Position numbers and translations under genes: made by a program. Below, one piece after another: positions 1-11,178 of a stretch of DNA of 64,000 nt (within the stretch, counting starts at the first letter, position 1; each line of letters starts with the position of its first letter). Under the pieces are notes generated by a model. It saw only the letters and a list, made by a program, of their open reading frames with translations. It made no database searches and was not told the DNA's origin. The stretch comes from Eutreptiella sp. 'Long Island Sound 2002' (Eukaryota > Protista > Euglenida): NCBI GenBank assembly GCA_964036045.1, contig OZ038378.1, positions 189,410,001 to 189,474,000 of the forward strand, read 5' to 3'.

Positions 1-1692
1 ACACTCGCCCCTGAAAGTCAGTAGGAACCAGCGGCATCCCGTGTCCGTCCCCATCAGGCGAAGCTCCTTCCGATCACGCCTGACCTCGGGAGGGGGGGTA
101 GGTGGCGCTGGGGTCGCGCAGGGGGTGGGATGTGGGGGATTCTTCTTGACTGGATGCGGTCACTGGAGCCCCTTTGTACGTGCCCCTCGGGGGCGCGGGG
201 TGTGGGGGAGGGTGGGCGGCGGGGTTTTGGAGCCTCCCGCCGTGGTACCGGGCATCTGAGGAAGTGGTTGCCAGGGCCGTTGCAACTCTGGGGGCCCGGG
301 GCGGGCCGCAAAAAGGCCCGAAAACATGCGGGAGAACCGTGGGTCTCACACTTTGTCACGTCGTTTTCATCATCGGTCAATCGGTTTCGGTTGACCCCCA
401 ATGCCCCTCGACTGACCTCCACGCACCAGCGCGTCACGGAGAAGACACGGCACTGGACGCCGGTCGCACGACACGAGCACCGCCCTGACCCCCACCTCAG
501 CGCCACCCCAGCTGCAGCCCACGCTCACGCCAAACAACGCGGCCGCGTAGCCCCCCCCCCCCCCACGCCGCCGCCACGAGGACAACCCCCTCCCCAAGAG
601 GAGACGCGCGACGAGCCGCGACCAACCCACCGCCGCCCCAGAAGCAGCGGCAGTGCAACCCTCCCCCCAGAAGGGGACGCCCCTTCATGGAACGCTGTCT
701 GGAAGGCGGCGGCGGGGGGCTGGCCTCAGGAGTGCCGGGGACATCACGCCACTTCCACAACATCATCCGGCACAGCACCGGCTGCGGCAGAGGACCTGGA
801 AATCCAGAGGACATGAGGATGCCCGAGCGGGACACAGGGTCATACTGCCGTGGTGCTCGTCCTCTGGGGGGCGCGGTGGACGGAGCTGTCTGACTTGGGT
901 GGCAGCGGTCCATCTTCACTCGTGTTGCACGTAAACGGTAATGGATCCCGATTGGGGTTTTATATATTTGGCCTTCCCTTTGCGCTGCAAACATCACTAA
1001 ATGGGGCCAGCTTTACACTCCCGCGCCTTTTTGGCAGGGCCCTGGTAAAGGCACGCATGTATGGCGATGCATGTGCACAAGTACACGGTGGAAGTGGTGG
1101 ACATCAACGCGGAGGATCTGCTGCTCTGGACGTTGCTGTTGCCGCTAAATTGGCCGCACCGCTTCTAGGACCATTGCCCCCCCCCCCCCTCCCTCCCTTC
1201 TGCACTGCCAGATGATTACCGTACCACAGTGGTTTGCTCATCAGTGGAAAAGTTGTTGCATTGCATTGCCTTGGAATCGGTGGGCAGGGCAGAGTGGCAT
1301 CCGTACCCATTAGCCTCTTTGCTCGTACAAGGGCCGAGGAGTTTTTTTTTGTTGGCCTCATGTTTGTTGCATGTCTGAGCCTACTTTGGTGCTGATTGAA
1401 TGTGAAACGCACAGAGGCACAGCCCTGTTGTGGTGCAAGGTGACGGATGCACATGCAACAGGGCACTATCTGGGAAAATGGATGGCAGGCTTTACTCCCC
1501 TCCCGCCTGCAGCGTGCCCTTATGGCCCGGATACAGCAGCGGAGACATACCCTCCCATCCACAGCGCGACTCCCATTCAGCAGCCCCTTTTCACTGTATT
1601 CCATTTGTTGCACATTGCATCTGGGAAAATGGCAAAGGGGGAAATTGATAAAGCCACAGCGGAATGGAACTGCATTAAACTCTGATATGGGA

Positions 1693-2054
1693 CCCCCCCC
1701 CCCCCTTGCGAGAGCAACGCCCATGTCATAGCAACAGTAGGTGTTGGTTCTGTATTTTTTGGAACCATGGAATTTGGCGGTTCCTTTTTCTGGTGGTCCA
1801 TGAAGGTCAAGTTTTTTCTGTGATTTGATGATAGGGATGGTATTTTAGGGATATTGCTTGCCACCCTTTTTCATCTCTTCTTGTCCTTTGACAGTGGAGA
1901 TTAGAGATTCACCTACATTCATGATGCAATGGTCGCTGGTCGCTGCTTGTGTCTTCCCGCAGCGCGCGCAATCAACGCCCTTGTCAGAGCAACACTCGGT
2001 GCTGTTTCCGTCAGATTTTGGAACTTTGGTGTTGCTCTCGCAAGGGGGGGGGGG
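1693..2054. mobile_element. MITE with C-run/G-run termini
   Basis: C13-TTGCGAGAGCAAC (1693-1718) is the reverse complement of GTTGCTCTCGCAA-G11 (2031-2054), apart from run length. Confidence 0.7.
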
Positions 2055-4247
2055 TAGTTGCCCATCCATGTGTTTGCTCCGTTTCAATGGCCCATGGCCA
2101 CTTGTGAACCATCATCAATGGGGTCTTTACAAAAGGAAGATGGCCATTGTATGATAGATAGCCCAGCAGCCCCCCTTTTTGCAGTCCATTTGCTTTATAT
2201 CTCTCGGGGATGGTGGCGTGTGTGCCAACATGGAGGGTTTTCGGGGGTCGCTGCCATTGCTGCCTCATTTGTGCCCACTGTCCTGTAGGTAGGGGGTACG
2301 TAGGGTATATTCGGAAAGCCCTTGAGTAGGGCTTTTCGGAGATGTATGGGTTGGGGTGGGGGGTCTGGGACACATTTTTTCCAAAATTGGCCATCACCAT
2401 TGACAGTGTGGGTTTTTTTGCTTGTACTGGTCAAGTTTCAGACATTCCTGTCACCCACCCCACCCCCATCACCAGGTGCGCTTTTGGGGGAGGTTGAGGG
2501 ACCCCCCCCCCCTATTTTGGAGGTGGGGAGTTCAAAATAATATGTTTCGGAGAAGGTTGGGACTGTGGGACTGTGAGGGCAGAATTATGAAAAAATGGAG
2601 TACAACATTTCTGTTGATAGGATCCTACCACGAGTGCTAAAAGTAGCCCACCCCTACCCTTTAGCCCCCCCATACCATGGAAACTGGATACATTCCCCTT
2701 CCTTTTGCTCATTTCCATCATTCAAAGTCACTTTTAGGGGTGAAAAATGGCTCACATAACCAATTTTGTCCCTAAGTTGCCTATTTTTTTAGCAATCTGC
2801 GTAGGATGATGCTATGCCCTATGTTTAGCCCTTCCAACCCCTTACTGGGGCCCAAAACCCACCCTACCCATCTAAATTCCTTCCAAAACATTTTTTTTTT
2901 GAGTCTCCCACCCTCAAAAAGGGGTCGGGGGGTGGCTTGCTTCGACACATTGAAGCGAAACTTGCAAAAATTCCCAAAAAGTGCCAAAACCCCCCGCGTT
3001 GGCACAGAATGAATTTCCCCGAGAGATATTGCATTTGGGATTGATGAAGCCAGACAGGCGCTCTTCCTGTGGCCCCAGTGCCGAATTTGTGCAATGACGA
3101 CCACACATACTGAGTCACAGCCTCAAACCTTTGTTCCAACCACCAACATACAGGAAGGGGTTGACGTCACGAGGATGTGATGTCATCCATCATCGACAAG
3201 ACATGGAGATGGACTTGCCTTGACACGTTGAACGCCTTGTTTAGTCCGGTTCCTGCTGTTCCCACCATTCGTCAACCGAAGCCATCACAAATACCAATAT
3301 TACACCCTACATATTGAAATTAAGAACAATATTACAAACGATACGCCACATTGCGTGAAAAGCATGATTTCTTGTCAGACAGGGGGAAAACACGTTCTCT
3401 GCATCGACGACCTCCCACGTAGGAGGGTTCCCACCCGGTTTCATTTTTCCACCGCCCCGTCTGTAAGGGTGCGTACGGGGACTCAACGTGGGTTTGGGGG
3501 GTACCTATGCCCTGCTGCATTAGGGCCACAATGTTGCTTGATTTGCAGTGGGCACATGTGAATCACAAGATTGTAAGAGCAGGGACAGAGGTATTTGCAA
3601 AACAGCTCCGAGACGTGCTTGTTGTTTGTTGCTGCGTGCGTACCTGTGCAGATGTATCAAGCCGAGGTATGTATAGAGACCCTCTTGTCCCAGTTGGCAT
3701 GGCCCCAACCTTGCTTGAAGTTGTTTTTGTGTGTCAAAATGGGTCAAAACAGATTCAAAATGGCCCAACAATTACCATTGTGAAGCCCCAAGTGGCCCTG
3801 TGTCACTTTTCGGTGAATGCGTTTTTGAAGCATTTTGACCCACTTTTCATCCCCAAGTGGCCCCTTTCCTATGGGAGCCCGAATGGCGGCTTGCCGGCTT
3901 TGTGGAAGCACCTGCAGCTCCAATTTGGGGCATTGCTTGTTTGTGCTCGATAACGGTGTGGCACGTGATGACCACCATGGCCTGTATGGCTCAGCCAAGG
4001 CCCGTCAAGGGACCGGATAGTGCAGGCCTTGGCCGCTGACAAGGCAGGACGACTGCTCTGAGTATTACCTCTTTGTGCAACCCTCTGTCAGCTCTCAAAA
4101 CCCTCTCCATCCCTCTACCACTTTCTACAGCCTCCGGCGTCCTGCCAATACGCATTCTGAACTCCTGCATCACCCTTTCTCAGCCCTCCACCGTCCTTCC
4201 CCCACCCCCATTTGGAGGTGGAGACTGGGGAATCACCTGACGGCCCT

Positions 4248-4571
4248 CCCCCCCTTGTATAAGCTACGCCCTTGTCCAAGCTACAGTAGGCGTAGGGACC
4301 GTAATAATTGTGTACGAAATGTAGTGCGGCCACATAAGACATGGGTTTGTCGTCACATTTGCCAATTTCAGCACATGCGGCCCCCTGCTGGTGCACCAGG
4401 AATTTTTTTTTTGAAATCTGATGCATCCCATAGGTCCTGAATTGCCAATTTCAGCACATGTGGCCTGCGCACATGTGTGTCGGCAGTTGTATGTGTTGCG
4501 CGTCCAAGCTACGGTAGGCGTAGGGACCGTAATAATTGTGTGCATTGGCGTAGCTTATACAAGGGGGGGGG
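4248..4571. mobile_element. MITE with C-run/G-run termini (second family)
   Basis: C7-TTGTATAAGCTACGCC pairs with GGCGTAGCTTATACAA-G9. Internal direct repeat at about 4275-4313 and 4502-4541. A related copy lies at 54781-54950. Confidence 0.7.
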
Positions 4572-4830
4572 ATACATTCACGACGCAACGGTCGCTGGTT
4601 GTAGGTTCTCACAGTGCGCACAAACAACGCAAACAGCAGGAGGCGCTGTTTGCGCAACTTTCAGTGCTTGTGGTGCTGTTTACGCAAGGGGGAGGGGGGC
4701 GGTTAGGGTACCACACAGTACTCTCTGCAACTCTGTGTGACATTCTGAATTGCTTCACACGCTTTTGCCCCGCGTTTGCCCTACTTCCCCACCCCCACTC
4801 TGCTGCACCAGCTGCTTAGCCGCTCACGCA

Positions 4831-7800
4831 ATGATGCTGTGCCCGTTCCGCCCTCGCAATGCTCCGATCAAGCCCCCAGAAACCCAACACGCCGCCTTGA
4901 TAAAGCGGCTGCTGGCCGAATACCAGTTACAACGCTTGCAAGGCACCAACGTGGAACGCTACTATGTGAGTTCGTACTACCATTCGTGGCTTGAGAGCAC
5001 TTACGGCATCGACATGGGCATAGTCGGTGGGACGCTGGGAATCTGGGAGGCTTCAACAATGAAGGTCTCGGCAACCGACCCGTCCGTTCCCATCGGTGTG
5101 TCCTACGTGCCGCCTGAGGACCTCTTTGGCTCCGCCGCCGTGCTGTTCAAGCGGGACAACAGCGAGGCCGTCGCCGCACACTTCTCCGACGTAAACCAGG
5201 GGGCATTGGGTAACTGTTGGCTCATGGCTGCCATCGCTGCGGTGGCGAGATACGGAGTGGCGAAGCAGTGCATTACGTCGTCGAGCGTCTCGGAGGTGTG
5301 TGGCCGCGGTTCAGAAGGCGCGTTTTGACCCCCTTTCCTTCCCTTTGCCTTCCCTCCTTGCGCTTGCACGGCCTTGCCTCAGTACCGCGACCCCGTCCCG
5401 CAGTTTTACTGGCCAGGAGCGCACACGTCTTGCAATGGTCATGCACAAGTCAAGTTGCAGCCAAGTTGGCGGCACCACAATGACCCAAGATGCCATAAGT
5501 CCACGCGGGAGTGTCGCGCGCCTCCTCCATGGCTCTATTCCAATCTCTGCAGGTGTCCGTCAAGCTCCACAAGTGTGACGGCAAGAACGGCACCTTTTCA
5601 ACCCCCTTCACTCAAACGGTTTCGACCGAGATCCCCACGAAAGATGGCAAGGAGCCTTGCTACGTGACATCCGACGTTGTTGGGGAGTACTGGCCCTGCA
5701 TGCTGGAGAAGGCGGTGGCCGCGGCGCACTACCGCACCGACAGCGGCCAAAACGGGTACGAGGCACAAGCTGGAGGGATCACCGGCATCGGCATGGGGCA
5801 GCTGGTGGGCGGCTTCCCCGGGGTCGCGTGCAAAGCCCATCTCTCGGCCGCGGACCTGTATAAAGCTTGGGACTACCTGATGGCCCAGGGTGTCACGATC
5901 ACGTGTGGGTGGAAGCAGGTCCCGTCCCTCGGTGCCTCGCCTCCCTTGTTCCCTTTGAGCATTCCTCGCATACGCATATGCTTTCCCTTGCTGATTCCCT
6001 CCCCGCTTGCCTTCCTGCCAGGGGGGGCGCTTGCCTGTGAGGGCTGACACCAACCCCCCCCCCCCCCTCCCTCTGGACACCCCCACCCATACTAGTTGGC
6101 ACCCGGTTAGAACTGGCAACGTTGGCGCCCAGAATATTTTTTTGAGCCCGGTAAATTTGCAACACACTTGATTTCCCCCCACTTGTTTACATTCAAAATG
6201 CTAACAATGAGTTAGGGAATGCCGTGCCACGTGTCTTCTTCCGCTGGCCGGGATGCCTTTGCTGATTCACAGATACATCTGTTGGAATACGGTACTGTTT
6301 TTCATTTGTTGTGAGGGGTAAAACCAAAATTCACCCCACTTCTGTATATTCAAAATGTTCAGAATGAAACGGGGAATTCAAAAATACCCCCAAAATTTTT
6401 GACCCCCCCCCCCTCCGGACCCCCCCCGCCCACGCCGCGGGGGTTGGTGTCCAGAACCGCTTCCCGCCCCCTCCCGCTTCCTGCCCTCCTGTTTACCTTC
6501 CCTCCTTTTCCACCTGGGCTCCCATCCCCCTGTGCCTCCCTCTCTCCTTTGCCCCTCCCCGCTTACCCCGGTTCTTTTCCACCTCGGCCCGCTCGCCCTC
6601 CCTCCCTCCCTCCCTCCCTCCCTCACCAATGGTAACCTTCAGCAGCTAAAGATCCCATTCCCCAAGCACGCACAACCTCAGGATGAGACGACACAGTACG
6701 TTGACGCCGCCACAGAGGTTAAGCAGTGAGCATTGCTCTAATTGGGCACCAGCACAGGTTACCTAACACCGCCGAAATGCCCAGGTACCCAAGCAGCGCA
6801 CTGTGCCCATCGCCACAGCCCTGGCACTCCACCGCTACGAATTGCGGGCAGCCCGCAACATGCAACATGTTGAGGACCAACGAACGCAAGCCTCCCCTAC
6901 AAACGGCCCATTTGCAGCGGCATCAGCCCAACCTCCCACATCCAACCGGGGAAGATTGGCGCAATGTCGCGAATGCGTGTAAATAGCAATGCATAAATGG
7001 TTGACCGAACCAAAATGGCTGCCACGGGCAAGTGACTTAGCCCTGTGGCACCAAGTGCTGCATCCCTGACAAGGACGTGGCAGGGCCAGTCCCGCAGGGG
7101 ATCTACACCAACCTACATGCCCTACTTGCCATACGGTACCCCCCGCCTGCACATGCATGGAGGGCACCGCCAGTGCCGTAGGGCTCAACAACGGTAGGCG
7201 CCGGCGACCTATGTCCACCATTTCTCGCAATGCACCCACCAGTCAGCCAGCCAACGCCGCCCTCAATTCCACCATACGCAGTCCTTGAGGGTATCTACGT
7301 CCCTCTGTCACGCCGAGTACATGCTTCCACCCACCGTGAAGCCTGCCTGCCAGGGGCAGATCACCCAAGCCCTGTCCCTCGGGGAACTAAGGCAATGGGA
7401 AATCTTCTACGGTCTCTGGTCCAATGTAGCAACGGTCAGTGGACGCCTGGCTGGTTGGGCACTGGGGAGCGAAGAAGAAGAAGCGGCAATGTCCGCCCCC
7501 TGAGTCCTCCATCCATTGTGACATCCTGTTATAGCCCGTGTGCACGTACCGCCCAGCCCGGCAGGTAGCACACTGCAATTCGAGGCACAACACCGAGACT
7601 GCCCTCAAAACACAAGTCAACCGCTGCTACACACATTTTGGTCAGACTTGTGTGGCCGGCGCCTCAGTGTGTTGCCTTTGGAGTGCTGTGCTCTAGGCCG
7701 ACTACTGTTGGTTTGGTGCAGGCAGTGGCCTGTGTCCGTGGGTGGTGTGTTGTGGAGGCATCACTTGTCGCTTGGTGGTGGGTCCTTGTTGTACCCTTTG

Positions 7801-10800
7801 AGCGCTGTTGGTCGGTGTGTGGCGGTGGCCACTCTGGCCTTGTGTGCGCTCTTCCTTGGCTGTTGCGGTTTCAAGCAATCTGCACAGCCTTCCGCCCCAA
7901 CCCGCATGTGTGGACTGGCACCAGCATGTGTGGATTGGCGATGGCATGCATCAACGCCGGTTCACGTGAGTTGTAGGGGTGTGGGGCCAATGGTTCGTGC
8001 ACGCAGGGGCTAGGGGAGCCACCCCAACCTCATTAATCCCCCATCCAAGGTGTTGTGGCAGGGAGTGTGGGTGGAGTCACTTTACCACAGAGTACATAGG
8101 CTGGTTTTGAATCTGGGTGATCCCCCACAACATGACAATATACGTCATATGCACCCTTGACCGGTGGAAAAAACGCATTTGGAGCCCATTTCTGACAGTT
8201 TTCGGAACCCACCGCTTCCACTTGCAGGAGCGTTAGAAGTCTCTAACGCCGCTGTTGATTTTTCTGCTCAAAGTTTGCGGGACTCAACTGCATATGTCAA
8301 GACATCATCCAGCACTACTTGGGCAGAACCGGAAACACCAAGACGTGTTCTGATTTTCCCCATTTCCCGGGTGCTTGCTTCTTGTTGCTGCTTGCTAAAA
8401 GGGGTCGCACCACCCAAAAAAGCGGCGTGAACCCTTGCTGGTTCCACTAGCCCTCACCTAGATGCCCACTGGTTGCCTGCATGCCTGACTGCTTGCTGTC
8501 TCCTTCCTGACTTCTCCCCTCCCTGCAGGTTGCAGGTGGCCCTAAGGGCACAAATGGGGAGCCTTCGGCGGCGCAAGGGCTGGTATCTGGGCACGCGTAC
8601 ACTGTGTTTGCGCTGCTGGACGTGGGTGGCCATCGGCTGGCATTGTTCCGGAACCCCTGGGGCAACTCAGTGGCCGGTTGTGACCGACCCATGTCCCCCA
8701 GCGGCGCAGGTGAATGGACCGGTAAGTGAAGCGACTGTGACACCGTGACGTGGGACGCCAACCCGGAAGTGAAGGCCGCCGCCGGGTTTGAGGGCAATAG
8801 GCGAGACGGCTGCTTTTGGATGGCGTTCGAGGATATCGCCTCCAACCTGAGCGAGGGGCAGTACTCCTTCTTCATCCCCGCCTGCAAGGCAATGCGTAAG
8901 AGGGACCTTCGGCTTGTTCCTGGCTCTGGGACGATCGGAACCGGCGGCAGCACAACCGCTCCCTCCGCTGCTGGCGGTGCCAGCACCACCGCCCCGGCCT
9001 CAATTCCCGCCGCTACGACCGCCCCCGCCGTCACCTGCACCTGGTATATCTGTGCAGCCCCCCCACCCGACCCCTGCACGCCCTGTCCCCCTCCATCAAC
9101 CTACTGTGTTTGGGGAGGGATTTTCGGGTGGGGACAATTTTGGCACCTCCCGGCAGCTGACAGTTTTCTTCTTAGGGAGGTACTGGTGCCCGTGTATTGC
9201 ATGTCAGCATCAGTCTTTATGCTAGTGCGTATCCCAAAAATTTTCCTTGTGTATCCCGTGTATCCCAAAATTTTTTTTTGTGTATCCGCTGTGTATCCCA
9301 AGGACTGTGGTTCCCGCAACTGTACACCTGGCACCAAAATTTGGGGGACCCAGGGAACGAGAAATGGCCCGGATTTTTTGCGCAAAAGCTGGTGCGCGAA
9401 AAATTTTGGTACTAATCTGAAAAACGAAATTTCCCGCCGAAATTTTCCCCTGCCGAAATATGCCCCCCTCCCCCCTGTATGCCTATCGCCCTGTGCCCGC
9501 GCGCCTTGCCCTGGTGCCCCATCCCTTCTGTATCCCTGCCTCGCTGTATCCCCAAACCCCCGATCCAGGCCTCGCCCTGGGCCACCACTGACTGCGGGGC
9601 GGCGGCGCCCCGCCCCGGATCGGGGATGGGATGGAGCCAAGGAGCCAAGGCGCCAAGGATGGGGCCGTACCCGAACATCCCTCTTGGGGGGCCGTTCCCC
9701 ATGGGGGCTTGGTGGCCTGTCCGTTCTTGTGCCCCTGCACCGGCAACTCGCCGAAAAATCCATTTCTGTGAAACCCAACGTTCATTCTTCCCCCCTTCCT
9801 GCACGCCCCCGTCCACCCCCGTGTTCAGGGATGGATTGGAACGGCTGAGAGCCATAGGAAGGGGGGGGGTGCCCTCTTGGACCGGATTTCATAGTTGGAA
9901 AAAATGAATTTTACAAAAGGAAATGTTGATTTGGGCCATTTTTGGCACACAAACTTTTCGGTTCCAGACTCCCCCCCCCCCCTCCTCCTCTCTTCTTCTT
10001 CTTCTTCTTCTTCTTCTTCTTCTTCGCCGGGCTATCTACGACTTGTGCGTGACCCGACTCTGCGTGAGTGGGCCCCTCTGCCGGTGGGCGCAGCGCCGTC
10101 GAAGCTGGCCGGGCCGGGTCATGGCCTGTAGGAGCTGGAGCATGCGCGGCCCTGGGCCCACCATTTTCTCGGTCCAGCACCCGGGCAAGGCAGGGTCTCC
10201 GCTCCTCTCCTTCTCCAACCCGAGCACCACATGGAAAACGGGCTTCGCCGGCATAATGCCGCCCAGCGGAGTACAGCACCGCACCACGTTCTGGCATCCA
10301 AGACCTCAGCAGTTGCCCGCCGCAGCTGTCCGCACTCATCCGTGGCCAAGAGACAGCCGCAGGGTAGCCGCGTCTGTGTACTGACGTCGAACACGGTGGG
10401 AGGGGGGGCGGCGCGGGCAGCAGCCCCCCCTCGTCGGGGTCCGTCGGCACCGAGCCCCACAGGGGGACGCCCACACGCCCCCTTCCACGAGCCCCACGAA
10501 GCGGGGGGCGAAGCCCTCGTGAGCCGTGAGGGTCTTCCGGGCCTACGGCATGGGGCCGCGGCGGTCTGGAAGCTGCATCGCCCACAGCATGAGGGCCCCG
10601 ACGGTGCCGACACACATAGCGCATGGTGGGCCAATATTGCAGAGTTTTTTTGTCTGGGACGCCATGGACTCCGCCCGGGTGGCGTGTGAGCCTTAAGCTC
10701 AAGCTCAAAATCCAACTCCAAATCTTTGCCTCTGTGTCTATTACCCTGTCGCCCTATCCCTGTGACCATATCACCCCGTTCTCTTCATGTAACTTCATGT

Positions 10801-11178
10801 TCCCGCACCAGGGGAGACCAGATACTGCAGCCCGGAGATAATGCCTGCTACCAGGGGGTAAAGGTGGCGTGCCACTCTGACGGTGGGATGTACTACGAGC
10901 AGCCACACACCGCCTGTCAGACCCAGACCAGCTGCCCTTGGGGCTCGACTTCATTGGCCGTGGGCGACACGATTTGTACCAGGGGGGGGCACAAGGCCAC
11001 TTGCCAAAGTGATGGCCATGTGGCCTATGTGTGGCCCATGGAGAAGTGTACGTTCAACTGCACCTGGGAGGGGCAACAGCTGAATATCGGAGACACCACA
11101 TGCTGGCGGTCGGCGGGATATGAGGTGGAGTGCAAACAGTCCGGCATTACCTACGCATGGCCTCTCAAGAAGTGTTAA
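4831..11178 (+). CDS. Calpain-family (C2) cysteine protease with Ser/Thr/Ala/Pro linker and three C-terminal Cys-rich repeats; 4 exons; one in-frame TGA (possible pseudogene, nonsense allele or base-call error)
   Basis: Exons 4831-5295, 5553-5918, 8529-9043 and 10812-11178, all GT-AG, intron phases 0/0/2 (1713 nt, 570 codons plus TAA). Catalytic motifs QGALGNCWLMAAIAA (Cys), GLVSGHAYTV (His) and FRNPWG (Asn), plus WPCMLEKA and DGCFWMAFED. TGA at 8727-8729 lies in EWTGK*SD. An upstream exon is possible (acceptor-like AG at 4810-4811). Confidence 0.9.
9990..10025. repeat. (TCT)n microsatellite in calpain intron 3
   Basis: Directly visible. Confidence 0.9.

Noticed and set aside
10030-10690. 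GC-rich block in calpain intron 3 as a nested minus-strand gene
   Set aside because: The frames are inconsistent and show no domain; it is more likely a decayed transposon fragment.
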